Positions 51,001 to 62,146 of a stretch of 64,000 nt of DNA are shown piece after piece. The stretch covers positions 496,001-560,000 of the forward strand of contig NC_135760.1 of assembly GCF_052425735.1 (NCBI RefSeq), in the 5' to 3' direction. The notes beneath the pieces are model-generated. The model made no database searches. It was not told the origin of the DNA and worked only from the letters and a program-made list of their open reading frames with translations. Position 1 is the first letter of the stretch. Each line of letters opens with the position of its first letter. Both the position numbers and the translations under genes were made by a program. Source of the stretch: Oculina patagonica. Lineage: Eukaryota.

Positions 51001-51642
51001 AACACCAGGAAGTCTCGTCACTAACCAACTCGCCCCCAAGCAAAGCAGCCTCCCAATGCTTAATGAACGAGAAATATTTAGGGTTTTCACTCCTTTGCTT
51101 GGTGGCGAGAATCCTTGGTGGCAAGATGACCCGATACCCTTCAATGTAGCAGCTGCTTAAAAACCCAATGACAGCCCTGTAATGTATTTTTGAAGAATGT
51201 TGCATCTACCTTTCTCTTCTTGTTCCAAGTTCTTATCATGACCTTCTACTGAAACTATTTCATTTTCCACGGGCACAAGATCTTGTCCACTCTCTTGTGA
51301 AATTAAACTTCTGCCATCCAGAAAAGGCACAATTGCCAAACCAGACCCCCCACTTTGACCACTAACTTCTGATCTAGAGTCATCATATACCAAGGGCACA
51401 TCCAACTTTGCTAGCTGAATATTGCTCTCTGAATAACGAGTCAGAACTCCATCTTTTGCAGAGTTGCCTTTTTCAGCTGCAGTTAGCTTTGCTTTCAGAT
51501 CTGTCTCGCTGAATGCAGACCGCTCCGAAAGCGATTTCTTGACTTTTGCAGCACTGGCTTGAGTTGCAGATGTAACCTCATTGCTAACTTCACTTGTTTG
51601 CGCTTCCAACTCATATTTCCCCTTTTTATCCACAGTTGGCAT
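34191..51642 (-). CDS. CCDC178: Coiled-coil domain-containing protein 178 homolog, about 22 exons
   Basis: Exons include 51642-51210, 50066-49855 (RRRSCELVKSTSSCVRKAVSHLHQLQ), 49536-49340, ~47330-47074 (DVITLLGRMESDR..DLPLAVQK), ~46603-46505 (EHEACAIDINELRWH), ~45557-45506, ~44711-44499, further coiled-coil exons between 43.7 and 34.6 kb, and a last exon ~34446-34191. The RRxSC..CVxK.ISH and LPLAVQKEHEA..ELxWH motifs match CCDC178 as I recall it. Confidence 0.8.
36590..38012. mobile_element. Harbinger-like TIR element (3-bp TSD) with cargo, inside a CCDC178 intron
   Basis: TIR ggctgcggtcacatcta / tagatgtgaccgcagcc, ATT on both flanks, and repeated palindromic taactatagtta motifs near both ends. 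Confidence 0.8.
36778..36819 (-). ncRNA. Minimal type I hammerhead ribozyme motif (Penelope/retrozyme type)
   Basis: Minus strand reads GTGA-CTGATGA-A-GTCTG-GATGATAT-CAGAC-GAAA-TA-TT-TCAC: core boxes, 5-bp stem II, 4-bp stem I (GTGA/TCAC) and a palindromic vestigial stem III. Confidence 0.6.
38374..38658. mobile_element. Interspersed TIR repeat rich in CCAAT boxes, flanked by a long direct repeat
   Basis: tatagcggttttca.ttgagtgtcg / cgacactcaattgaaaactgctcta ends; an inverted partial copy lies at ~10095-10228. Confidence 0.75.
38965..39172. repeat. (AGTC)n/(AGCC)n compound microsatellite
   Basis: Directly visible tetranucleotide runs. Confidence 0.95.
40052..40305. mobile_element. MITE with CAG..CTG ends and 5-bp TSD
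   Basis: cagggccgta / tacggccctg ends; caatg on both flanks. Confidence 0.75.
40859..41222. repeat. Near-perfect 183-bp tandem duplication (intronic)
   Basis: gttggtaaggaggaatttggatcac..cacagctattttgc starts at 40867 and again at 41050. Confidence 0.9.
44818..45065. mobile_element. MITE with CAG..CTG ends and 5-bp TSD, related to 40052-40305 in the opposite orientation
   Basis: caggggcggtaac / gttacagccctg ends; gaatt on both flanks; shares ctagcaagaggcaaga in reverse. Confidence 0.7.
47909..49299 (+). mobile_element. Internally deleted hAT-like (hAT5-type) DNA transposon
   Basis: TIR cagtgttc(g/a)acac, ctatt on both flanks, and a decayed RK*QTSWEMDFPWLVFD (ZnF_TTF-like transposase N-terminus) at ~48935-48990. 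Confidence 0.7.
47988..48413. mobile_element. MITE nested in the hAT-like element, 8-bp TSD
   Basis: cccgggggg / ccccccggg ends; ggtaaaac at 47980-47987 and 48414-48421. Confidence 0.75.
50206..50332. mobile_element. Short MITE containing a few TTAGGG units
   Basis: caggggcggat / atccgcccctg ends; agatatg on both flanks; ggttagggttagggttagg inside. Confidence 0.7.
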
Positions 51643-51847
51643 ATTCCTATGCCTTTTTATGTTCTGTTTTCCGTATAAGGGTATTATTTTAACGATTCGA
51701 AACGATAACTTGAAAAGGCGCAAAATGACACGAAGGCCGCCATCTTTGAAGTGAAAAAGCGACTTTGTGATTGCTAAGCGACGATGGACAACAGCACACA
51801 ACCGAGGCTGTCGTGACGTCATATCAGTTTTTCCTCGACCGTCCAAG
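51643..51847. promoter_or_regulatory. Compact bidirectional promoter shared by CCDC178 and the CIB-like gene
   Basis: Divergent ATGs are about 205 bp apart. YY1-type gccgccatcttt at 51736-51747, X-box-like attgctaagcgac at 51770-51782, and a perfect CRE tgacgtca at 51814-51821. Confidence 0.65.
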
Positions 51848-54800
51848 ATGGGGGGCCATCATTCGCAATTTACAGAAGAAGAACTGAAAGATTATCAGGT
51901 AAAACATTCATTTATAAACATTTTGGATATTTCTGCTGTTTCTGCTAGTCCTTATAATGTTAATTTTGCATTTGGGTGGAAATTCATGACGATACTAACG
52001 AGCGATTTGAATGTGTTTACAATTTATAGGAACTGACGTATTTCACACAAAAGGAAATCTTACAGTGAGTTTTTTGCTGTTTCCTGTAATTTATGGGGAA
52101 GCCATGCAGTTTATTAGTACCTGTAGTAAATTTAATACGTTAACGTTGTGTTTGTGTCGACTGTACGTAATTAAAGGCTACCTATACAGCTTAATTATAA
52201 GTTTTCTAAACATAAGCTTGAACATGTCACTGCAGCTTTCATGACTAGTATAGGAGGAATGTTTAAAATCAGCAGCTAGGGAGCAAACTGCTCATCAGAT
52301 TGTTTCTGCAAGACATTGTATCCTTTAAATACCTGATTCTTACCAAGTACCATGTAGTGTACCTTGACAATAACAGTTTGATACAAGAATCCAAACCATG
52401 AATATACTTGCAAGGTGTCATGTTATGCACCATGTTATGACAATTTACTAGTAATACGTGACTCGCAGGGCCTCGCGAAGCTCTGGGTTGGGGAGGGAGG
52501 GGGGAGGGGGTCTTATAAATAAGGAGACACCCTCGTTCCCAGTGTCTACTCCGCTTTAAAAATGGCGGCTCTTTCTGGTTCGTAAAGAGGTATAAAGCGT
52601 TGGGAAGCGCAGGCTATTTTCAAAATCATCGACAAATTATTGGATATTCGCATTTTGGACATTTATTTCAGGGCATTAAAAAAAAAAAGAAGAACGAACG
52701 GCAGGAGGATTCGAACCCTCCGCCCGCGCGCCTCTGATGGCCATGAAAGGTTTATAGCTTGAATTGGCGTTGAGGGAGTATTATGTGCAAATCAGTGGTA
52801 CAGTTTAATCCGAAAAGAAAAACGATAAAAATGAAAGGCTCAGGATTCAAACCCACACAAAAAAAAAGTAAAAAAAAAAAGAAAAAAAAAAACTTTAGCC
52901 GGATTCGAACCCCTGCCCTCAGTCCAGAAGATCTGATTTGAAGTCCGACGCTCACACCATTAGGCCACCAGCGCGCGGCCGTGTGACGTCATTTCCGCCA
53001 TACACCAAGCTCACAAATATATATATATATATATGACCGTAAACTCCACACGAGATTTCATCCCGCCTGAGCCCTTTGAGGGACAAAATTATACACCCCG
53101 CTACGCTCGGCCTTCGGCCTTGCTTCGCGAGGAAAAATTCATTTATTTTTTCGTATAAATTTATGTAAGTTTTTGCATAGAGCAGCCACATGATACACAT
53201 CTTCCTTGAAGCAGTGGGGTTGTTAGCTTGTGAGTTAGAAAGCAAATAAGCAAAATAGACTAAATGCTCATTGTACATACATTCTTGAGTCACAATTTTA
53301 ATATATTCTAGGATCTATCAAAGGAAGGTTAATCTCTCGCTTGGAAGTTAATATCTTTAGATCATTGGATGCAGTTTTTTTATGTTTTGCTTGGTCTGGG
53401 GTACTAGATTGGTGGTTTCATAAATAATACTCATCAGTTAGTATGACTTAAGCCCTGTGCTTTGAAATAGCATCCATGGCAAGTCGTAACATTCTCTTAG
53501 TGTCGAAGTTGCCCAGTTACGTACCCTGCAAATATAATGCAATTGACTTGCATTTGATTTCACACTACCACTTTGGGTGTTTATGAACAATTAAGCCCCA
53601 CTAAAAGGCTGTCAGTAAATTGTCGGCCACCAGTCAGCTAACAGTTTATCAACAGTTTACTGACATATACCTCACAATGGTGAAATTTGTGGTTGCTTTA
53701 AGCAGATGTAAGTTTATAAAATATTGTCTGCGATGGAGTTTGGATGAAATCCAAAGAGGTGTTTTATTTAATTCTTTAGTTGTCACAAAAGGTTTGCACA
53801 ACTTGACCCAGATGCTGTGAGGACCAACAAGAATGCAAAACTTCCTTCAAGAAAGATCATGACCTTACCAGAACTAAGGGTATGTTAATGCCTCAAGTTT
53901 TTCAGTAGTAAAGGTTTATTAATTTGTAGTTAAAGGCGCAAATTAATTCAAAATTAGACAAACCATTGTTTCAAGCATGGTGGCAGTTGCTGAATTTGTT
54001 CTACTTTCTTAAACTTTAAGCATGTGATGCATGGAAAGTGACAAGTAGCGTATTATGGTGTATTTAATCACAGAAAATAAATTTATTACAGCGATTGCAG
54101 GTAACAGAACGTGGCTCTATTATGTGTGAAACTTACAGACAATTGCAAGTGGATTACAATGAATGGAAACCCATTGCATGTACACATATATTATTTTCCA
54201 GATTTTTGCACCATGTTGTAGATTGTTTGACCTATGAAGTCAATGAGGCCATTTTGAGTTGGTAGAAACATTTTTTTTAAGTTACAGTAAAATTGTCTCT
54301 TTCTGTGCAGGTGAATCCATTTAAAGACAGAATTTGCAAAGTGTTTTCATCCTCAAAGGATGGTGAACTCACGTTTGAAGACTTCTTGGATATGATGTCT
54401 GTATTTAGTGAGAATGTGAGTTAACTTTACAAACTTGCTAACAAGTCCGTTCAAAAGTTTTCCAGACCAGTTGACTGTTTAATTCAGTTCCCACTGTTTT
54501 ATCTACCTTCGCCAGCACTCACTTTCATAATGAAATTCCTAGTTTATCAATTATTGGATGAGGCTGAATATGATATGAAGAATTATGCAGATCGAGGAGG
54601 GTGTTATTCGGCTTCAGCAGATAACACCCTCCTCGATCTGCATAATTCTTCATATCATACGAAAGCCGAATTCAATAATTGTTTTATTATTCATTCAAAA
54701 TATTTCCAGAGCTCCAAATGCACAAAATGAATTTAATAGGGTTTTGACAGTAGACAAAGTACACAAATACACAACAATGTTCGCTTTTAAATTTGATTTA

Positions 54801-56882
54801 AACTTCAAAAACTTGGTTACCTTCATTAAATTTCTTGTCCTTTATAATGTCGATATTTAGCATTTGCTTGAAGTGTCTATTGAAGCTAAATCTGATGACA
54901 CAAAGCGATGTTTTCGAGTACAGGTTTCCATCTTTCTTGCTTACTTCGACGTAGAATTTTCGTAAAAAACTGCTCCAAGTCCTCCGCTGTGGCTGGATCT
55001 TTTCCTCTTGAAGATACGCTTTCAAAATCGATCGACTCCCCTTCGTTGCTTTTTCCGTGTTTTGACTTTCCTTGTCTTCTAATAACTTAAAATTTAACCT
55101 CTTCGTAATGCTCAAATCTAGCGGCCATTTTGCCATTCAACCTGCTCGGCAGCAAAGCCGTTCAGTCGTGTGACGTCAGCGGTTCTTGGGAACGAGGTTG
55201 CGATCTGTTAATCCTACTTGGAGACGAGGTTGCGATCCATTATGACCCCACGGAACATTTCAGATCTTGTCCTTCCAGGGCGAACATTTTGATCTTGCAA
55301 ATAGAATTGAGCCATAACAAACTAAACTAGTACAACATGTGGCAGAGAACAGATTTAGAGGTGTCATTCAACCCTACAAACAGAAACCTCGCAGCGCGGA
55401 CTTATGACCTCTAGACACTTCCTTGGGCACGATCTTACGGCTCTATTCAATACATAATGCCTCTAAATAATAACAGTACCCTCAGAAAAAAAAAGTCAGA
55501 AGCTAATATGGTCGAAAGACCGGACTCAACAGAAAACGGCAAAGGTTACAAATGTCACGAACGTAGGAGTCGTGTAGGCCCATCACCTTTATTTACCATT
55601 GACGTCATTAAAATGACGTCAATCGTCCAAATTTGGTCGGCGCTAGCTGGTTAGCTAGAATTAACCGGGGATCGAAAGCCAATCAGAAACAGAGAAATAT
55701 TTTGAATGAATAATAATGCTTATTATTGTTGTGTACATTATTTTATAATCACTTTTATTTCACAGTTTTCACCGAAAAGCTTATGACCACGAACCGATAG
55801 AAATTTTCGGTATCACAGAGTATAATATGGAGTGCTACTTATTTGCCATTATTGTGTTAGTAAAAGAATTGTATTCACATTCCTTTGGCTGTTTTTAATC
55901 AGTTATAGTAAGGTATTTTTGGTTCTTATCTTGGAAGTCTGCCTCTGGCATTTAGACAATGGGGCATTTGAAGAGAGACACCAATTTCCGCACACAAAAA
56001 CTAAGTAATGTGTCAAAGAGACCCTCATCTACTTGTGTGTTTTGTTTTGCTATAGGCCCCTAAGAGTGTAAAAGTGGAATATGCTTTTAGAATTTATGGT
56101 AGGTTTGCTTTTAACTCTTAAATCAATATTATTATGTGGCCAGGAGGAGAGGGGAATTGGGGACATAATTTGTATTCCAACTACATTTTTGTTGCTCACT
56201 CCAGACTCTTATCTGTGGCCCCAGTCTAAGTGAGTGTTGTTGTTGTTGTTGTTTTTTTTTGAGAACTTTGGTGTACACTGTGGTCACCTTATGAAGCTCA
56301 TCCCTATCAACTTAACTTAGATATCAAGGGGTGTATGTAACTTAAGCTTTTCAAGGTGTTCTCGCATCAGGGCTGTAGTGAGTGTGTACCACAGGCTAAT
56401 TAGCATACAGCCCCCCCCCCCCCCAGTGTCAGATTTCAAGGGACACAATATTCATGTGTATAGGGTAGTTACATGCATTGTGTGCCCTTATGTTTGTTGT
56501 AGCATGGGAGTTTTCTGTGTGGTAGAAGCATATTCAGCGTTCATTTGAATGTGACTTCTTGAGTTTAAGGCTGTTCGCAATGGTTGTTTGTGTCTCCACA
56601 GAATCCCTGGAAAGTTTCATGAGAAACTACATGTTTGTAAATAATTTTCCGACCCCCCCCCCCCGCGCGCCACTCTGTAAATAATTTGCAATAATATTAT
56701 TGTAAAGTGCTAGAGTAAGAAAAGGGCTGCATTTATCCTTGACCAAAGCCTTTGCCTTCATAATATTTGCAGATTTCAATGAGGATGATTACATCTGCGA
56801 GAATGATCTAAAACGAGTCATACAGCGACTTTGTGGTGAACAGAGATTATCTGATGAAAATGTGAATGCTTTGATTCAAAAG
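51848..56882 (+). CDS. Calcium- and integrin-binding (CIB1-like) EF-hand protein; six exons found, final exon(s) not located
   Basis: Phase-consistent exons 51848-51898, 52030-52064, 53780-53879, 54311-54415, 56056-56098 and 56773-56882. They encode [89 protein letters not shown], with an N-terminal myristoylation-type MGxxxS. Confidence 0.88.
52448..53137 (-). mobile_element. Non-autonomous Helentron/Helitron2-like element
   Basis: On - it starts TTTTT-cctcgcgaagc plus a ggccgaaggcc hairpin and ends gcttcgcgagg..attaCTAG: 11-bp asymmetric inverted repeats, CTAG 3' end, no TSD. Confidence 0.6.
52897..52973 (-). pseudogene. Degenerate class II tRNA-like sequence with CT-TCA-AA anticodon loop
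   Basis: tggcctaatgg A-box, tcgga-CTTCAAA-tcaga anticodon arm (one mismatch), long variable arm and ggttcgaatcc B-box. The T-stem and acceptor stem do not pair properly. Confidence 0.5.
54546..55716 (-). mobile_element. Crypton (tyrosine-recombinase transposon) remnant with terminal hairpin, in a CIB intron
   Basis: ORF 54798-55136 has [57 protein letters not shown], the region N-terminal to DUF3504 in Crypton/ZMYM/KCTD1 proteins. Inverted repeat tattattcattcaaaatatt at ~54685 and ~55696; a copy of the right end lies at ~4318-4500. Confidence 0.75.
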
Positions 56883-58629
56883 GTAATGGAATTGAAGTAC
56901 ACCATATGCTATAGAGGACTGTGGTCTAGTACGTTTTAGTTTCATTAAGGGTTAATCGACTTTAGTTTTAAAAAAATTCAACACTCAGTGTTACAATTTT
57001 GATTTCTTACATGTCTTAAAAAGAATTAATGTAGGCTGCTGACAGTGCTATGTCATTTATATTTACCTGTAGATTCTCTTATGTTTTTCTCTCTCTCTTT
57101 GTTCAGGTTTTATCTATTACTGGTATATTGCAACTCTTTAAAAGAGTAGAAATAAAAATGTCAAAAAATGATAATTTGATATTCCCTGTGTGGTGCTGGC
57201 ATGGAGCATAAATTTGCATGTGCATCAAATCATGAAAATGAACACCACGTACAATGTAGTTAAGAATCCCACTCGGCAGGTGGTTATTCAAATGGTGCAG
57301 CCAAGAACTTTAGCATAGAACTTCCATGTGGGGGGGGGGGGGGGGGGGGCTGACTAGTGGGGGGGAGCTGACTAGTGACTTGAAGTGGGGGGCTTAAGAG
57401 ACTCTTCTCTTAGTAAGTCTTTATTTTTTTTGGAAAAAGTCGGGGGGCTTAAGCCCCACCCCCCCCCCCAACCCCCCTGGCTCCGCCGTCCCTGACTACC
57501 AAATCCAGCTAGTGGCAGGGACATGGGTTTGAACAGCTATCTTGTAAATAATATTTTCATACATGTATGGTGAAAAAAAAAGTTGTTTTGAAAGAGAGTT
57601 GTAAAAAATTTATAGTGTAAATTTGCTGGTTGTTTTTATAAATCTGATTGCTGTTTCCATGGTCAGTAAAAATAATTTTCTGATCTGTAAAAAGACTCTT
57701 CATGGGTGGAAACCATGCTACGGTTTCTATCAACTTTGATAGTTGGCTTTAGGTTCCATCATCAACTATGATCAACACAATGTAGAAACATAGAGCTCTC
57801 AGTCCAATGGTTAGTTATTACTGATATGGGTATGTTCCAAACCAGGCTCAGGCTCAGTTCTCCAGGCTCAGTTCTCTTCTGGTTATTCTTTGCAAATATG
57901 ACATTTAATTACTGTAGGGAGGGTGAGAAATCAATTGGATCAGGGATGGTAGTCACTGGGCAAATTATTGGCTTTCTAGGATTAATACACAAGTGTATGT
58001 ACAATCACAAAATATTATTTTCCACAGTTTATTGTGTTAATTCAAATTACAGTATTTTTGGTGATGACCAAATTTACAATCTTTTTAGCATTAGTTCAGT
58101 ACTAGCTGGCAATTAGGCTTAGTAAAGTATCTAGATCAGTAATGAAATGATCATAATTTTAAGAGTCACATAGCATCTACCTTCATTAAAAAAACTTATT
58201 TTTTTCAGCAAAGTTTTCTGACGTAAGCAACAAAAATCTACCACTAGCTTCAAAGCATCTGAGCAATCCATCACCAATATTGAAAGAGTAATGGAAAATA
58301 ATTCAGTAAACCAAGTATTTAATACTGAATAAAACCATAGTCTGATGTTTTTTAGTTCATTATGCAATAATAAATATTCTTCTAAAAAGAAGTGTAACAA
58401 TGGACACTTCAAGCAATAAGCAAAGCTGATGCTTGTTGAAACCCCATGGGCTTGCTGTTAAAGCACACATACATGTATGTGCCTCACTTATAAAGGAATC
58501 AGTGCTAATCACACCTCCCATTCATGATCAGCTACAGTTTTTGTACAAAGAAGAGAAAGACTGTCCAGCAGTCTTAACACAGAATTTTTTCACTGAGTCT
58601 ACTCTCCGCTCAGTAGTGTTTGTTCCTCT

Positions 58630-61600
58630 TCACTTCAAGGGGAGGTTAGCATTTGTCTCTGTGACTGGTATTCCAGGGATCGGGTCAAGTTCTAGATCAA
58701 TCGACTTGGGCCTCTTGCCTTCAATACTGTTGTGGTATCCATACAGCAAGTATACAAACATTCCTGAGATGAAATAGCATATGATGAATATATAAACATC
58801 ATTTCATTATGCAAGATACAGATTAGTGTCTGCTTTGAGCAGTTGAATCAAATTTTGTTTTACATATTACATTATCATCAATAATGTACTTTCTAGTTGA
58901 TTTCAGAATCATCTGAAAACGTTAAGGTACTCCTTTAAACAACATCTGGCATTCTATTAATTTGTGTTTTACTTTCAATGCTAATCAACATTCAGAGTTG
59001 AATAAGCAATTATTTAAAGGGCGCTACTTTTTCTCGCATCGCTAATTCCATTTTAATTTGTTTTTATCTGTTGTTTAAATTGTATTTTTCTTGGGTGTAT
59101 TTATATAGTTTTGTTTTGTTTCTATAAGGCTTCAAGAACAGAAACGAAGACATTGAAAATGCGCGCTATGTGTTAAACAGATAAAAAACTGTACTCTCGA
59201 AAGCTTGGTGTTTTCTAGGTTTTCTACTTGAATGCTTCAGTGATTTTGTTCTAGAAGGCATCTTGTTACGCCTCTCAGTCTCAAAGTATGTGCTTCTCTG
59301 ACCTTCTTTGTGGTTTTACAAACTGCAGGGTGTGGCGTGCAAGTTTTACTGCCACCTTCGAAATATTGTGAGATTGATAATGTTTACAAAAGAGCAGGCA
59401 TTTCACTCAAAGTAATATGTACAATGTTCTTGCGTCCTTTGACTTCGTAGCTTTCTAAAACAGGCGTAGTTTGGAAGTCCGCAGAAACTGGATTTTGAAC
59501 AGTCATTGTTTCGTTCATATTTGTTGTGTTTTCTCCGCACGCATTCTTTTTTAGCCCGACGATCTAGGAGAATATATATATATATTTTTTTTTTGCCCGC
59601 AGTCTATCGCTTGCCTAACGTTTCACACAAAAGAAAATCGAATCTTTTGCGTAAGTGTGGAGCAAAATTTATTTGAATCCAATATCCGCCTTTTGTTTAT
59701 AGATGCCTAATGACAGTGAAAAGGCTTTTTCAATCTTAGAATACTTTTTGTTCTATTATAACAATACAGAGAAGCCATCAACCGAAGCGTGGCTAATAGC
59801 TTAGCTGCGGTTTAGGGCTTGAGATCACAAATCACTTGAATGCAAATTAAAACAAAATAAATAGCTTTTACGAAAATCGGTTGAAAATTTCTTTGCTCCT
59901 CTTCGTAAACAGATGAAAATGAACACGTTTCTTTTTGTTCTGTAAGTTTTTCAAGGCCGCTTGGCGCTTTTTACGTCCTCAGTTTTTGCCGCAAGTTGTT
60001 CAAATCGCTTATGTTATTTTGGTTTATAATTTTGTAAACTACTCTTGTAAAAAAACATGTTAATCTGTGATTTTAGTGGATAATAAACTCAAAGGTGGTT
60101 TGGAGGCATGCAACTAAAACAGAGAAAACCAACATTCAAATAAACGTAAGATAGTTAACCACCCACTACTCAAATTTTAATTCGTATGTATAGTAGCAAC
60201 GTCGCAGTTGATTCATCTTTAAAAAAAATAAGCATGTTTTTTTTAACTTCACAACCCTTCGCAATCTTTACTTAATCTTAACGATTATTCCTGTAGAGTA
60301 TATTTTTACCTCTTAATTTTTTTCTTCCTTATTATGGATGAACGGTTTAATATTTTGATTAAATTTTTGTACGTAGTCACAAAGACGAGTCGTGACATAG
60401 TTTCTGTAAGGGCTACAAGAGAAGTACTATTTCAAACAACTTACCTATTGTAATCCATATTGCGAAGCGTATATAGGTTAGTGGTTGAAGCAGTGTCAAC
60501 AGCAACATGTTAATGAGAATACTGAGCGCGGGAAGGAAAGGAACGCACGGAACCATGAACGAAAAGGTGGCGCAGTTCTTTGGCTGTAGCTGTAGCACTA
60601 TCAAACAGGTTACGGTGATGAACGCGCTAAGCGCCACCGCAAAGATAGACACGGCTTCTATATTTCCCTCGCTTGTAATCCAGGTTTTAAGATAAACACA
60701 TAGCGAGAACATGGACAACATCATAAGTGTTACCGTGACATTGGCAACAGTATTGGAACACTCGCTTGGACTTGCGTGACAGGCTGTCGTGACACTGTCA
60801 TGCCCAGACTGCGGAAGTTTTTCGTAGGTGTTACCTTGGCTTTTCTTTCGTTTCCTAAATAATTTCCTAAGCCAAGATTGTGTTCGTTTTGTGAGTTGCC
60901 CGTTGTTACTCACTGATTCCAGGTTTGGTTGGTAGCGGGTGAGAATCACTGATAAGGAGACCATTGTGTAGGTTGTAAGGGTCGTAATGGATACCATCTC
61001 CACCAGCTGACGCATATCGAACAGAAACGCCAAGAACGCGCTCGCCACTCCACTGACTGCCACGGCGCGCAGAGGCATCTTCCTCTCTTCGTTTATTTTA
61101 GTGAAGCAGCCAAATATGAGGCCGTCATACGCGACGGCGTAGATCAGACGAGGCGTAGCAAAGCACGCAGCGAGCAAACTACTCAGCATCGAGCACAAGG
61201 CTCCGGTGGAAACGATGTACTTGGAAGCGGCGAATCCTCGCACGGCGAATGCTTCAGCGATCGGCGCGAGATCTTTCAACTGGTCATAAGGCACCATCAT
61301 TGTCAGTACTATAATGACGCCGATGTAAACAAACAGGCTTATTCCTAACGATAGCAGAATTGCCAGTGATATGGACACGGTCGGGTTAATTGCTTCCTCG
61401 CTTGCGCTTGGTATGGTGTCGAACCCGATAAAGCAATAGAAGCAGCTAGAGGCCGCTGTAAATATCCCAGACCATCCGTACGGTGCAAACCTCTCCATTG
61501 TCGACCAGTTGCTAGCATCGGCATAGTAAGCTCCAACAAATATTATAAAAGTTACCACGAGTAAATTGCACAGAACAGTGACGTCTAGCACGAGTTTGGA

Positions 61601-62146
61601 CTCTTTGACTCCCAGGCAGACTATTATTGTTACTATGAGAACCAGTGCGAAGGCTAAGAGATCGGGAAACGGTGCGAGCGCAGGCACTCGCCAATCGCCG
61701 AATTCTTCCATAAAGTACCTATATACTGAACCGTTGCATAGAAAGTTAATGTACTCGCTACAAGCCGCTGCAAGTGAGGCGGCGGAAAGAACATACTCAG
61801 TGATCATACACCAGCCTGTTATAAACGCCCAGATCTCGCCCATGGCTACGTACGTGTAGATATAGCCGGAACCAGCGCGGTTCACCCGGGATGCAAACTC
61901 CGCATAGCAGAGACCGGCCAGGAGCGATGCGACAGCGGCAATCAAGAAGGATAGGATGACGGCTGGGCCGGCTACGGAGTGCGCAAGCTGCCCAATAACA
62001 ACATACAACCCCGCGTCTATCAACGATCCGATTCCAAGAGCTGTCAGATCGAAAACGTTCATACATCTCTTGAGAGGAGTGTCAGACGGGATAAAGTCAT
62101 CAGTCTTCCGCCTGGTCAAGCTTTTGACGAATTTATAGCCGAACAT
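58630..62146 (-). CDS. Cationic amino-acid transporter (SLC7A1-4/CAT family, APC superfamily), two coding exons
   Basis: Exon 62146-60445 contains LKRCMNVFDLTALGIGS, AGPAVILSF, LCYAEFASR, FAPYGWSG, FYCFIGFD, EEAINP and FMVPCVPFLP. It is spliced in phase 1 to 58763-58630 (GMFVYLLYGYHNS..LPLK*). The ATG at 62146 is preferred to the ORF track's upstream TTG. Confidence 0.92.

Noticed and set aside
51643-51846. N-terminal extension of the 229-aa ORF (MDGRGK..)
   Set aside because: It starts at a TTG abutting the CIB start codon and spans the promoter; the ATG at 51642 is the more plausible start.
52897-52973. Bona fide tRNA-Sec gene
   Set aside because: The acceptor and T stems do not pair, the D arm is not the 6-bp Sec type, and it sits inside a repeat element; kept only as tRNA-like.
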